DNA of 64,000 nt from Vicugna vicugna. Lineage: Eukaryota. The stretch's first letter is position 1; each line of letters begins with the position of its first letter. The position numbers were made by a program, and so were the translations under genes. The notes beneath the pieces were generated by a model. The model was not told where the DNA came from, did no database searches, and worked only from the letters and a program-made list of their open reading frames with translations. Positions 11,790 through 24,709 of this stretch are shown piece by piece. The stretch spans positions 1 through 64,000 of the forward strand of contig MU058582.1 of NCBI GenBank assembly GCA_013265495.1, in the 5' to 3' direction.

Positions 11790-13720
11790 TTTACTGTTTC
11801 TTTTTTCTTTCTTAAGTTATAAGTTACATACACTGAAAAATACAATTTTTAGAAACACTTCTATGAGTATTTATAAATGCATGTAGAGATGCAAGCGTCC
11901 CGCCACCGCAGCAGCCAGCAGCTCAGTCATTCCCACAGCTGCCCCAGGCGCCTTTGGGGGCGGCCCTTCCTCCGGCCCCGCCTCTGGGACTGCTGGTCTG
12001 CTGTCTGACCCTACAGTTGGCTTCTGGTCAGAATGTCATAGAAATGCAATGACACCCAGCAGCCGTTTGGTTCTGGCTTCCTTCACACAGCGTAATGCAC
12101 CTCAGATCCGTCTGTGGTGATTTTGGTGCTAATAGTTCACTGCAGGCCCCTTACTGAGCAGGTACCGCTGCGTGGATGCACCACAGTTTCTTTATCCACC
12201 ACTGGATGGAAAACTAGGGTTGGATCGAGAGTACACCCTTTGACAACTTCACATAAAGCCTTTATAAAACTTCTTATAGGTGCTTTGTGGGCATATGTTT
12301 TCATTTCACTCAGGAAAACACCTGGGAATGGAATTGATGGCTCCTACGGCAGGTACAGGAGCACCTGTCTAAGACTCTGGCAAACTATTATCCAGTGTGG
12401 GCGCCCGACGCTGCTTTTTGTGGTCCTCAGCCACTGAGGAGAGCTCCTCTTGCTGCCCACACCCTGAGCTCTGGGCGTGTTAGGTTTTTATCAGACTCGT
12501 ACTAGCGCACACCACGTGGCGTCACATGTTTTTAAGATCCACTTCTTTAGTGACTTAACGATGGTGACCATCTTTCAAGGGCTTATTTGTCATCTGCGCA
12601 TCTTGTTGGTCAAGTGTTTGATCAAACCATTGCCCAGCGTTCAAGCTCAGAGTTTCCCAGGATTACGTGTACTTATTTGTGAGACTGCGTACGTTAAGTA
12701 AGTTCTGTTTGATATTATCATGTATGTAGTTTCAAATCTAGCACAGAGGTCAACAAATAACTCAGTTATGCCACCTCAAGGACCCTCGTGTTTTACCTTT
12801 ATAACAGCACCCATCTCCTTTCTCCCGTGCCTCCTCCCTGCCCCTAACCCCTGCAACCACTACCTAGTTCCTCATTTCTAATTTTGTTCAGAACTTCTAC
12901 AAAGAAATAAGAACTAGACTCATAGAGAATGAAGGCTTTCGGAATTGGTCCACATAACCCCCTGCAGATTTCTCAGAACTGCTGTGAGCTCCAAGAGTCC
13001 CTTCCATGTCCGGGTTGAGCCCTGTTCCAGTATTCAGGTACAACGTCTGGGACCCACCCTCCCTCTGCAGGACATCGGATCGGTCTCCCTTGGGAGCTGT
13101 TGTGTGGAGGATGCTCTGAACAGCGATGCACAGGGCTCTCTGGGAACACCAGCTTTCACTTCTTCAACTAAAGTGACAGGAGAGCAGTTGCTGGATCATA
13201 GGGTCCCAACTGCAGTTTAGGTTTTGAAGTCGCTTCCACTGTTTCCGAACGACTGGTCCAGTTCACATCCCACCCTGTTGTCCATCACCCTGCAGAGCCC
13301 AGGCTGTCACTGTTATTTCAGTGTAGCCATCCTGATGGATGTGCAGGTGTCCCTCATGCTGCTTCACGGGCATTACCCTCATGTCAACTGAGTGATACCC
13401 ATCTTTCCATGAGCTGTTTCCTGTCTCTGCATCCTCTTCCATGAAATACTTGCCCTTGTCTTTTGCTCATTCTCTAAACAGACCGTGTTGGTTAATCCTT
13501 ACTATTTAGTTTTGAGGATTCATTCCATACTCTAAACACTACATGTGTGTTGGATATGCGATTTGAAAATTTTCTATTTCTTGTATATTTTATCCTCCTT
13601 AAAAATATTTTGCAAAGCAAAATATTCTAATTTTGGTGAGATTCAACTTATCAAACTTTCCTTTTACAAACTCTGCTTCCACTGTCATCAAAAGACTCCT
13701 CTATCACCCCACATCCTGGT
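11790..13720 (-). mobile_element. Old LINE-1 (L1M-type) fragments, antisense, copy 1
   Basis: T-rich antisense L1 3'UTR motifs (AGAATGTCATAGAAATG, GGATGCACCACAGTTT); duplicated at 24710-26660. Boundaries approximate. Confidence 0.65.
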
Positions 13721-14102
13721 GATCTTCTTCTTCAGGATTTCTCTAAACCAGCCACCATGATGTAAATGACCCAAAATGTGTCACAGAAGAACAAGCCCGA
13801 ATTCACTGTGTCCGATGATAGAATTCTGGCCTCTCCCAGCAGCCTGGTGACTGCTGTCCCCACAGAACCTGCTGTGAGCACTGCACATCCCCCTGCGATG
13901 TCCTCAGCACTAGACAGGATGACTGTGTGTGTGCGTGCACTTATGGGGGCAGGGGGCAGCAGTTCCTCACTCAGCACCAGAGACACTACTGGGACCTGGG
14001 CTCTGGCCTGGAAGTGGGGCCCCTACTGAAATCCTCCATTGAGCCCAGCTGCTCTCTGCTCAGCAGGGAGCCTATCACCAAGGCCACAGGGCCAAGAAGT
14101 AG

Positions 14103-14134
14103 ATTTGCATGAGGATGTCCCCTCTGAGGATAAG
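14103..14134 (+). promoter_or_regulatory. V4 promoter
   Basis: ATTTGCAT 14103-14110; GATAAG 14129-14134. Confidence 0.8.
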
Positions 14135-14196
14135 AGAGACCCTGAGACCCCACCCCTAGCTGTGGCCTCAGAGGCAGAGCTCAGGGCACCTCCACC

Positions 14197-14723
14197 ATGG
14201 CCTGGACCCAACTCCTGCTGCCCCTCCTCTCTCTCTGCACAGGTGCTGCCCCCAGGGCTCTGCTCCCAGGGTACCCAGGGATCCGCCTGGCCCTGAAACT
14301 CAGCTCAGCATAGGGGATGCTGCGGAGTGCGAGGTCTCAGGGAATGAGACCCTGTTCCCCACCCTCACTCTCCTCTCCTCTCCTCTCCTGCAGGTTATGT
14401 GGCCTCTTCCGCACTGACTCAGCCCTCCGCAGTGTCCGTGTCCTTGGGAGAGACGGCCAGGATCACCTGCCAAGGAGGCAGCTTAGGAAGCTATTATGCT
14501 CACTGGTACCAGCAGAAGCCAGGCCCGGCCCCTGTGCTGGTCATCTGTGGTGATGACAGCAGGCCCTCAAGGATCCCTGAGTGGTTCTCTGGCTCCAGGT
14601 TGAGGGGCACAGCCACCTTGACCTTCAGCAGGGCCCAGGCTGAGGATGAGGCCGACTATTACCCAGCACATAGCAGTGGTAATGATCAGTGACACAGGCA
14701 GATGGGGAAGTGGGACATAAAAC
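14197..14723 (+). pseudogene. IGLV3: V4: IGLV3-like pseudogene including broken RSS
   Basis: Leader 14197-14242, V exon from 14394. A 6-nt deletion removes the second Cys (YY-PAHSS). Heptamer reduced to ATCAGTG (14685-14691); nonamer ACATAAAAC 14715-14723. Confidence 0.93.
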
Positions 14724-15049
14724 CCCCTCCATCTCTGTCACTCTCTCCTCCAGCCCCTAGACACCTGTGGACAAAACAGTGAAAGTTCGGCCCCCGTTCA
14801 CCCAGATCTGAGCTCCCAGGCTGCCTTCCCCCCACCCTCCACGCTGCTCTGCACACGGTGGATCAGGGGTGGATTTCTGCCTGGCAGCATGGGGCTTCCA
14901 TGGTGTCTTTGTTACTAAGGTATGAGTCTGGGGTGGAGGGCCTGGGTGGAGACAGACAGAGGGACGTCCAGGGAGGCAGGAGGACCCTACATCACAAGGG
15001 AGTCTGAGCTCTCAGTCATGTCTCGGGTGGAAGCATTTCCCCTACAGAA

Positions 15050-16830
15050 CTAAGACCCCAGGCCAGCAGGGTGGAGGTCAGGGGACAGGGAGCAAATGTC
15101 CTCAGCAGGTCCCCAGGGATGATAATAGGTGGAGCCCTCCCACCCCCTCATCTTGAATCCTGGTCCTGTGAATCCTGGCCATGGGAGAGGCATCGTACAT
15201 TGTGCACAGATTTAGAGCATATCTCACACCTGGAGGGCATTACCCGCCTCCACACGGTGTTGGCACTTGGCTGGCAGAGTGACTGGCTCTTCCATCGGCT
15301 GTTGCTCCATCACTAAGGCAGCTGCCTCGGGATGTTGGGGAAAGTGGTAGGACCGGTGAAGCACATGAGCCTGGGCCCACTGCAGCCCCCTTTTGATGTG
15401 GAATGAGCTCATGGTCAGAAGCCCCGTGAGGAAACACAGAAATCTATGAGTCCAGGTTGAACACTTTGGCCAGCAGCATTGCAGTCACAGAGGGCAACTC
15501 CCAGTCTGCGAGAAAGATCTGTCAGTAAGAGCAGAGCTCCCCCCTCCACGCTGGAAGAGGTCTGATGTCATCAACAGACCACCAGGTCCCTGGAGGATTC
15601 CCTTGTGAAGGGTGTCCCACAGGAGCCATGCTGATCTGTGCTGTTGGCAGGCTGGTGGCAGAAGTGGCCGTGGGTAGGTCAGCTGTAGACACTGGAGCCA
15701 TCCCGACTAGCCTGTGGCTGACCCTCCCCTTCCCATGGGGGAGCCGGGTCACAGCACCCACCCGGCGATGGTTGGAGAGGGAGGCAGACTGCTATCCACA
15801 GAGTGGGTTCTCCTGTCCACCCGGTTATTAACATCACTTCGTTTTTAGGACACATGGTGCTAAGTATTTGCATGGGACACAAATCAATTAATCTCCAGGT
15901 CCCTCTGTGGGGATTCTACTTGTGTCTTTTCCATGTATTCCTGCCATGTATCTGACGGCCCAGTGAAAGTCTGAGTCTCAGCCCATAAATTAGCACACAG
16001 CCCCCTCCAGCCACCTCTGTGTTCAGGCTAATGGACAGGGTACCCTGCTCCAGTGGTCACTCATCAATCCAGGAGAATCCTCCTCCACTGCTGCCTTTCA
16101 GGGATGTCCCCGATGGGGGCAGAAGGACCAAGATGGCTAACTCTCAGGGGTGTCTTCATATCATCCAGATACCTCTGCAAACCAGCCCCAAGGGTTTTCC
16201 TCTGTGACACTGGTCATAGGCAACGCCCCACCAGGCAGAGGTGGGCGTTGCTGGAGAAAAGACACTACAGCAGGACTTGGACTCAGGAGTGTTTGGGCCT
16301 CTTCCTCAGGCAGCTGTCTGGGGCTTCAGGACCTGGGGGTGGGCCCAAACTCATAGCAACCTCCTCTACTTGAGGACAGAGAGCTACTGTGCATGCCCAC
16401 CCATGACCCGGCTGCTCAGGCCTTGCCTGGTCCCCGTAAGTGGCTCTGGTCCCAGGGCACATAGGGACTCACAGTCACGATACAGCTCCCACTGGGGTTC
16501 AGTATCTCCAAAAGGCTTTCTCAGATGAGGCTCTCTGTTGACACAGATGAATGACAACCGCTAGGCTGCCCCTGTCTTTCAGTTCCAGGGACACCTGGAC
16601 CATCGGCCGACACCAACGCTCTGTCATATGATCCAATTACTCCCTTGGTCCCGTGGGACTTTGTGGACCACACCCACCTCCACCTTGGTGGCAAAACAGA
16701 ACTACTTGTCTCCTGCCAAACCAAGGATCCCGTCACACACAGTCTCGGTACCAGGGGCCAGCACTGGGGTAAGGGCAGTCCTGGAAGAGAGAGACCTGAG
16801 AACAGCCATCGCCTGGCTTTCAGGTGAACA
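15050..16830 (-). mobile_element. Degenerate ERV-L internal fragment, copy 2
   Basis: Minus ORFs PGTWWSVDDIRPLPAWRG and QWAQAHVLHRSYHFPQHPEAAAL resemble ERV-L integrase (PATWWQVDYIGPLPSWKG; QWAHAHGIHWSYHVPHHPEAAGL, recalled). Confidence 0.8.
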
Positions 16831-18463
16831 GAGATCACGAGACATGGGTAGAAGGTTGGGGGGACTCTCTGCTCTGTCCCAGAACCAGGAGCATCCAACG
16901 CTGCCCCACCGTCTAGAAGGAAACTCGGCAGCCAGGGCAGTGTCTTGTCCACACTGATTTTCAGGAACAATTATCACCCAGAACAAAGTGCTTCTTAAGG
17001 GACTTTGGCTGGATGGGTGTTCTCTTGTCTCCGACTTTGGCGCAGTAGCCACTTCTGCCCTTGTATGGCTTTGGACCAACAGCCAGAACCACCAAGAGTC
17101 AGTCCGTGAGTCCTGTGTCCCCCAGGACCAAGCCCAGAACCACAGGCATAAACATCCCGTGACCCCAGAGATCTGTGCAATGATGGTTCTGGGATCTGGG
17201 CGTCTCCCCCTGCAAATGAGCCTGCTCATATTTCCATAGTAAGTTGGAGCCCCTCGTGCCTGGTCTGAGGCAGCCAGGGGCCAAGCAGAGACGCGCACAT
17301 TGTGCCCTTGGGCCCAACATCCTGAGCAGTGGTTCTGAATCTGCACCTGGACAGAGGACGCCCTGAGCTTCCAGCTATATGCAGAGCAGCCACCAGGGGA
17401 CAGCAGAGTCACGTGGAAAATTCACCTGGAAAGGGCGTGTCCTGTGCATCAGGGGATCCACAAGCAGGGGGTATGTAACCACAACCTCACACTCGAGGAC
17501 AGGTGTCCTTCTACAGTGTCACCTTCACTCTCAAATACACATTTTCTGTCTCTGAGTGTCCCAGTCCTGCTTTTGCTGGCAGTGCTTCTTTCCTGACCCG
17601 AGCCCCACCTCCAGCCCACGTTCACCCTGCTGAAAATCCATCACTGTCCACAAATGCCCGTCCTCCCTGTGATCTCACATGCCCTCCTCCTCTGCTCTCG
17701 GAGCCCCGGTCCTCCAGACACAGCTGCTCCTGCTCCCTGGAAGCTCCCCCACCATCCCCAACCTGTCTCTCCACTCACCCCTCACAGAGAAAAGGGAGGG
17801 GACCAGTATTTCCCCACTTCCCAATTCCCTGGGTAAGACACACAGCAGTCACTCAACCAACTCTTCTGGACTCACATCATTATTATGTTTATGACATATA
17901 TTTTCCACAGCAACGGAAGGCATGTTGATTGTGATAAACATTTGCTGACAGAGCTGTTAAACCCTGAAGCCCCCTCTCACTCTCCTAAACAGCAAACACT
18001 TCTTTCAGCTCCTGGTCAGTTCCTGACCCGGATGCAAAATGGGGACACTGAGGACAGCATGCAGCCTGCGCCAGGAGCTCATAGCCAAGGGCAGACACAG
18101 ACCACAACGGCTCTGGAACACTCCACGTACTTTGTCAAAGAACGAATTTGACTCCCTCTCTGGAGCCCAGGAGCTGTGATCAGAGGTGGGACCCTGCACC
18201 TGTCAGCATCAAAGTGTCACCTACAGATGGGTTGAAAAAGAACAGATTCATCTCTGGCCTTTCAGTGGCCGTGTCGACCAAGAGTGACATCAATGCACAG
18301 TGTGGATAGGACATGTCCCCAGACTCTGGGACCAGCAGGCAGAAGAGGAGCCCCTGAGTTTAGGGCGCAGCCTCAGGGCCACCACTCCCTCTCTGGCTCC
18401 CTGGGGACTGAGCCCTTCTCTGAAACCACAGAGCCCCACAGGCCACCCCCTGGATGCTGGCTG

Positions 18464-18504
18464 CTTTGCATACCCAGCAGCTCTCTCTCCAGCAAGGGGA
18501 TAAG
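18464..18504 (+). promoter_or_regulatory. V5 promoter
   Basis: Variant octamer CTTTGCAT 18464-18471; GATAAG 18499-18504. Confidence 0.75.
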
Positions 18505-18567
18505 AGACGCCTGGTGGGAAACCTGCCCAGCCTCGCCCTCGGGGAGCAGAATCAGGGCACCTCCACC

Positions 18568-19295
18568 ATGGCCTGGATGCCCCTCCTCCTCAGCCTGCTG
18601 GCTCACTGGACAGGTGCTGCCCCCAGGATCACATCCACACCCGCCCAGGGCTGGGGTCAAGCCTGGCTCTGACTGGGCTCAGAAGGGCGCTGCCAGTGGG
18701 GGCAGGTGGCTGGTGGTCCTGCTGCAGGACGAGGGGCTGGAGGGGATGACATCCCACACTGTGCTCAGTGCTGTGTGAGCCCTGAGGGGCTGCACCTGCC
18801 GGAGGAAGGGGGCAGGCTTCTCATTTGTTCAGGGGCTCCATCCACCAGCCAAGCCCATGGGGACACTGGGGGTGAGACTGATGGGAGGGGCCTCTGGGGG
18901 CCCAGGGAATCCCTGGGGCTCAATGCAGGTCAGCTGCTGGGGTCTCCTGGGAAAAGGCCCTTCATCTTCAACCCAGGTTTCCTTTCTCTCCTGCAGGCTC
19001 TGTGGTCTCCTACGAACTGATTCAGTCACCCTCAGTGTCAGTGGCACTGAGACAGACGGCCAAGATCACCTGTGGTGGGAACAACATTGGAAGTAAAAGT
19101 GCTCAGTGGTACCAACAGAAGTCGGGCCAGACCCCTGTGCAGGTCATCTATGCTGATAGCAGACGGCCCTCAGGGATCCCTGAGAGGTTCTCAGGCTCCA
19201 ACTCTGGGAACACGGCCACCCTGACCATCAGCGGGGCCCAGGCCGAGGACGAGGCCGACTACTACTGTCAGGTGTGGGACAGCAGTGCTAATGCT
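18568..19295 (+). CDS. IGLV3: V5: Ig lambda variable gene segment, IGLV3-like (SYEL/QVWDSS type), apparently functional
   Basis: Leader 18568-18613 ([15 protein letters not shown]), intron 18614-18996, V exon 18997-19295 open: [38 protein letters not shown]...[12 protein letters not shown]. Confidence 0.95.
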
Positions 19296-19334
19296 CACAG
19301 TGACACAGGCAGATGGGGAAGTGGGACACAAACC
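19296..19334 (+). other. V5 23-RSS
   Basis: CACAGTG + 23 bp + ACACAAACC. Confidence 0.95.
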
Positions 19335-19939
19335 TCCCAGCCTGCACTGGTGCTCACCCCAGTCCCCTTTGAGCAGTGGGAGGTCAGACTGCAGCCCGGG
19401 CATCCTCTCGGGTCCTGGCCCCGCTCCTCCAGGGCCTGGAGACACTGGTCTCTCAGGGCCGAGGTTTATCCTGATAAAAAGGGGGAAGGTAGCTGTTCTG
19501 GGTTTCAAAGGCTGCAGTCAGGATTGGGAGGAAAGGAAAGGTTTAGGATCACGATGTGTGACTGTGGCCCCAGATGTGATCACGTGTCTGCGGGAGAGGG
19601 GGGCTATGTGACATGTCGGGGTTCTGGGGGAATCCTTCTCCTCTGGGAGGAGCCTGCTGGTTGAAGCCTGGGACGAGGTCCTGTGCTTTCCTGCATGAGG
19701 AGTCCCCACCTACTAGGGGCTGCCTGAGGCCCGGAGAGGACTGAGCCCCAGCCCCTGACCCCAGGGCCCTCCTCCCCTGAGATGTAGCACAAACTGCAGA
19801 GACAGGGCGGACCCACCCTGGACTCCTACTGCAGACCTTCTCCTGGACACAAGGTCCTCCTGTTGGACTCCAGGTCAATAGACCCCAAAACTACAGTCTG
19901 ATGGGTACAGGCCTTCTGTTTAGGGAGATATAGATCATA

Positions 19940-20363
19940 TTATCCAGGCTTCTCCAAGACACACTGCCAATAGGGTACAGAGATGGATTAGGAGGAATTA
20001 GCCAACAAGGTTCTGGAGGCTGAGAATTCCCAAGGGGCACCATCAAAGGGGAACCCACGAGGGCCTGTGTGTGATTCTGCCCCAAGGCCTGAGATTCAGG
20101 GAGGCCGACATGCCTCTCATCCAGGGCACGTGGGCAACGTCCCAGGGACCCCCCAGGAGGAGATGTTCTGCCTCCTCCACCATTTACTCTTCCCAGGACC
20201 CCAGGGATGGGATGGAGCCCACCCACATGGAGGGGCCATGTGCTTCTCTGAGCCCCAGGGTCCAAAGGCTAATGCTCTCCTAAAACAGCCCCAATACCCC
20301 CTGAAATGAGTAACCAGTGGGACCTGCTTGCCCAGCCAAGTGGACGCACGAATTCAACCATCA
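19940..20363 (-). mobile_element. MLT2 solo LTR, duplicate copy
   Basis: Paralogue of 7445-7870; ends AACCATCAC. Confidence 0.7.
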
Positions 20364-22204
20364 CGGTGGTTAGTGACACATTGCATGGATGGGTATTTTA
20401 CTATAGTTTTTTTTTTAATTGCTGAGTCTGAAAATAAAGTACAGGAAATGACTTTGAAGTCTTTTCACCAACAAAACAGGAGAAAGAACGGGGCAGTGAT
20501 CACCATTCACCCTCTCCCTGGACAAAATAGGTGGGGTCACTGGTGCCCCATACAGTGTCTTTCTCGCTCTCCATATTCTACATATTTCACAACCAACACT
20601 CATGTGTCCAGTTCAGCACCGCCACATCTCCCCAGAAACCCAGAACGTCTGTGACAGCTAATTACCTGTGTGAGCGAATGAGACCCTCAGGCTCCCCCCT
20701 CTCACGTGGTCAGCAGTTCTCTCCGGTCCAGCTTCATCAGCTCTGAATCCTTGTAACTCCAGGCAGTAGAGCTTCTGCAAAAGGTCCACAGAGAGGAGTG
20801 TGCTCACTGTGCGCAGCCAGACAATTTCTATGGATTGTAAGAAGTGCACGTGGGGGCCCTTCACACTTGCTTCAAAAAAACCCTAGACAGTAACTACGGT
20901 CGTGTTAAGAAGTCAGAACTCTAATAAAGATGACAGAAAGGTTAATTTTTAAAAAGCCGGTCTCAATGCTCATTTGGTAAATATGTAGGCCCTATAAACC
21001 CCTGAAGACTCATCTGTCCCCAGTAGATTGGCCATGAGACACCCGACATTCCCACCCACTTAGGACAGTGAGGACCAAGCAGTCCTGCCCAGCAGAGCCA
21101 GCAGGATCCAGGCCAGGCCCCTGCGTGGCCAAACCAGCCTCCCACCCCAACAGATGCTCAGCTCTAACCTGGGACACAGCCCCGCTGACCTCTCCCAGCC
21201 AGGATGTGGTGGGGACAGCAGTGAGCCCCAGGGACCCAGGCCTGCCACCCAGACTGGCCCTCACCACTCCTGTGCCCTAGTCAAGTACTGCCCTAGAGGA
21301 CGAGGGTCTGATCCCTGGCCGCCATCCTGGTCTCATCTTACATTTCTGTATAAATCTGGGGACTTCCTCTCTTTTGGTCTTGGTATTACCAGCTGTTAAG
21401 CCTTTGTTCCAAGTTAAATTATAAAAAGGCACCCAGAATGTATTAAAACCAAAGAGGAAATTGGCAAGGATCCCAGTGAGTCATGACGTCCTGGAGTTCC
21501 CTGTCCTCCTTCTGCAGGAATCCTAGAAAGGGCTTCAGCCATCGGTATGATTTCCAGATGGATTCCCAGTGGAATAAGCAGGAGATTCCCTGTGTCCTCA
21601 AACAGGAAGATGACGCTGAGCTAGAAATTCACTCCCCAAGAGCTGTGAGGGGGGGCATGACATGAAAACCACAGGAGGAGAGATGAGGATGGTGATCGGG
21701 ATGGTGATGAGGATGTTGGTAACGATGCCATGACACACAAATGAACTCAAGTACCAAAAACAGCATCATACAACTGCCCTCCTCAGGTGGGGATAGTATC
21801 CATCTTCGTTCCTAAACACAAGGAGCCCTGAGTCCGCAGGGTGTCACACAGGTTGCTGTGGACACTGACACTTTGCAGACAAGCTGCAGTTCATCTCGCA
21901 CCCTCCACTCTAATAACAATACCAAAGGGTCAGGAAGGGCACTTCCACCCCCAAGATAAGGTTATGGGAACTGCACCTGCACCCCGTAGGTGACCCCTCT
22001 GTGCTGGCCTGGGCAGGGCCGTGGTCACAGCTGGCCCAGAGGCAGGGCTGGAATCCCTGCTCCACACCCACTCAGGTGATGTATCTTTGAGGTAACCTGC
22101 AGGAAAGGAGATCCTGGTCTGGCTTTCATCTGCCAGAAGGGGGCAGCAGAGGCAGCAGGAGCATCACAAGTGAGGTTGGGGCCGCCCAGGTGGAGCTTTA
22201 GGAT

Positions 22205-22792
22205 AATCGCTCTGGGGGTCCACTAGGGTCTGAGGGTCAGGCCTGGCAGGAAGTCGGGACTGACCACCCCATCCCCTGACAGCACAGGGACCACGTTGGA
22301 GGTTCACATGCACATGTCCCCCCAGAACACAGGGGACAGGGCACAGTGCATCCCTCTTGTCTCTCTAGAATCCACCCAGGCAAACAACTCCACTGAGCCA
22401 ACCCAGCAGAATCCACAGGCCGGGATGGTTGGGACTGTGGTCATGTGGTCAGAGACAGGAAGGGGACTGAGATCAAGGCCCAAGGAGGCCAGGTCAGAGT
22501 GAATCAGCCCTGGGGGTCCACCGGGGTCTGAGGGTCAGGCCTGGCAGGAAGTCGGGACTGACCACCCCATCCCCTGAAGGAACAGGCACCACGTTGGAGG
22601 TTCACATGCACAGTGAATCCAGGACACCAGAGAACACGGCAGTGTGTGCCTCCCCTCCCAACAGGATCCTGCCAGGCTCACAAACCCACTGAGCCAGCCC
22701 AGAAGAGTCCACAGGCCAGGATGGTTGGGACAGTGGTCATGTGGTCAGACACAGGAAGGGCATTGTGACCACGGCTCCTGGATGCCAGGTCT
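22205..22792 (+). repeat. ~297-bp diverged tandem duplication upstream of V6
   Basis: Units start ~22205 and ~22502; single copy upstream of V3 (~9712-10000). Confidence 0.85.
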
Positions 22793-22892
22793 GATTTTCA
22801 AACATGAGAAGCCAGGGAGGAGGCTGAGTGAGTTGCCCTGGCTGAAGGACTGGTGACTCCCCTCTCAGTGAGGAGCCCCAGGGAGGGGGTAA

Positions 22893-22939
22893 ATTTGCAT
22901 AAACCCAACCCTCCTGCCCCAAAGCTCTGAGGGAATAAG
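22893..22939 (+). promoter_or_regulatory. V6 promoter
   Basis: ATTTGCAT 22893-22900; GAATAAG 22933-22939. Confidence 0.85.
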
Positions 22940-23003
22940 AGGGATCTTGAGGAGCCCTGCCCTGCTGCAGGGTCTCAGAGGCAGAGCTCAGGGTGCCTCC
23001 ACC

Positions 23004-23471
23004 ATGGCCTGTACCCTCATCCTGCTTCCCCTCCTCTCTCTCTGCACAGGTGCTGCCCCCAGGGATCAGCCTGGCCCTGAATGACAACTCAGCACAGGGG
23101 ATGTGGCGCTGTGTATGGTCTTAGGGAATGAGACCCTGGTCCCCACCCTCACTCTCCTTTCCTCTCCTGCAGGTTACGTGGCCTCTTCTGCACTGACTCA
23201 GCCCTCCACGGTGTCCGTGTCCTTGGGACAGACGGCCAGGATCACCTGCCAAGGAGGCAGCTTAGGAAGCTATGATGCTCACTGGTACCAGCAGAAGCCA
23301 GGCCAGGCCCCTGTGCTGGTCATCCATGATGATAACAGCAGGCCCTCAGGCATCCCTGAGCGGTTCTCTGGCTCCAGATCGGGGGGCACAGCCACCCTGA
23401 CCATCAGCGGGGCCCAGCCCGAGGACGAGGCTGACTATTACTGTCAGTCATATGACAGCAGTGCTAATGCT
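23004..23471 (+). CDS. IGLV3: V6: Ig lambda variable gene segment, IGLV3-like, apparently functional
   Basis: Leader 23004-23049 ([15 protein letters not shown]), intron 23050-23172, V exon 23173-23471 open: [34 protein letters not shown]...[12 protein letters not shown]. Confidence 0.95.
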
Positions 23472-23510
23472 CACAGTGACACAGGCAGATGGGGAAGTGT
23501 GACACAAAAC
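23472..23510 (+). other. V6 23-RSS
   Basis: CACAGTG + 23 bp + ACACAAAAC. Confidence 0.95.
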
Positions 23511-24709
23511 CCTCCATCTGTGTCACACTTCCCTCCAGCCCCAGGAGGGCTATGGACAAAGCAGTGACATCTCTGGCCCCGTTCCCCAAGATATAAGCTC
23601 CAAGGCTTCCTCTCCACCACCCTCCAGGTAGCACTGCACACAGTGGGTCAGGGGTGAAACATTGTCTGGCTGGATCAGAGTGTCCTCGGCTTGTCTGAAC
23701 AGGCCATGAATAGGGGACAGAGGTTCTGAATGGAAGAATAGACAGAGGGACACATCTGACAACTGGTAATTACTTCAGCATTTCCTTAATGTGGTTGATT
23801 ATGGAGCCTTAGACCACAGAATCTGCCAACTCATCTGAGCTGTTGAATAGCCGGAAACTTTCATGCACACCTGGACCACTGAGTCCACAGGGAGCAGCTG
23901 ACTTGTCCAATAAACCTGATCCTTGGCCCTGACCTGGCCAGGGTCACGTGGGATTTCAGGGTTGGATCCTGAACCTCAGCAGGGCCCCCAGTGATGAAGG
24001 GATGACAGGGAGAGTCCAGGAGCTGCCCGTGGTCTGGATGAGTCCACGGGGGCAGGAGGGGAGCAGTCGCTGGTCTCCCGGGGAAGGATGGATGGGAGAG
24101 AGGAGCAGGAGTAGGGATGATCCTGGGGTTCAGTCCAGCAGGGACCAGTGTCACTCAAGTCTGGCTGGACTCTCAGGGGACACAGGACCATCCCATCCCA
24201 TCCCCCCACTGTAGAAAAAGGTTGTTCTCTCAAAGGGTTTGCAGTGACTTTGTCCTAAACATGCCCCTGCAGGTCCTCTCATGGGGCATGTCCTGCCCCC
24301 TTACACTGGAGGGAAGGAGCCAGGAAAACTGTAGGCACAAACCCACCACCATGGGGGTTCCAGCACCTCCACACCTGTGCTGCTAAGAAATGGAAGAAAG
24401 TCCTCTGGAGCCTCTGGTGGAGAGAGAGAGGGACAGACTGCAGGGAATGAGGATGCAGATGGAAAACAGGGGCCAATGAAGACTATTCCCTCTGTGCTTA
24501 GACGGTGACCAGCCAGGGAGGGGGCTTCCAGTACAGAGCCTTGGGCAGAGAGGGACGGTCAGGGTGGCCTGTTGGGGACACCCTCGAAGCCAGAGTTCAT
24601 CTCTGCCCACAGCTGCTCCCTCCCTCCCTGTTCTGGGGAGAGCATCCTCTGGTTTCTCTGGACTTCCTGTTCACAGTCTCTCAGTGAGACTCTTCTTTCA
24701 CTCGTTCTT

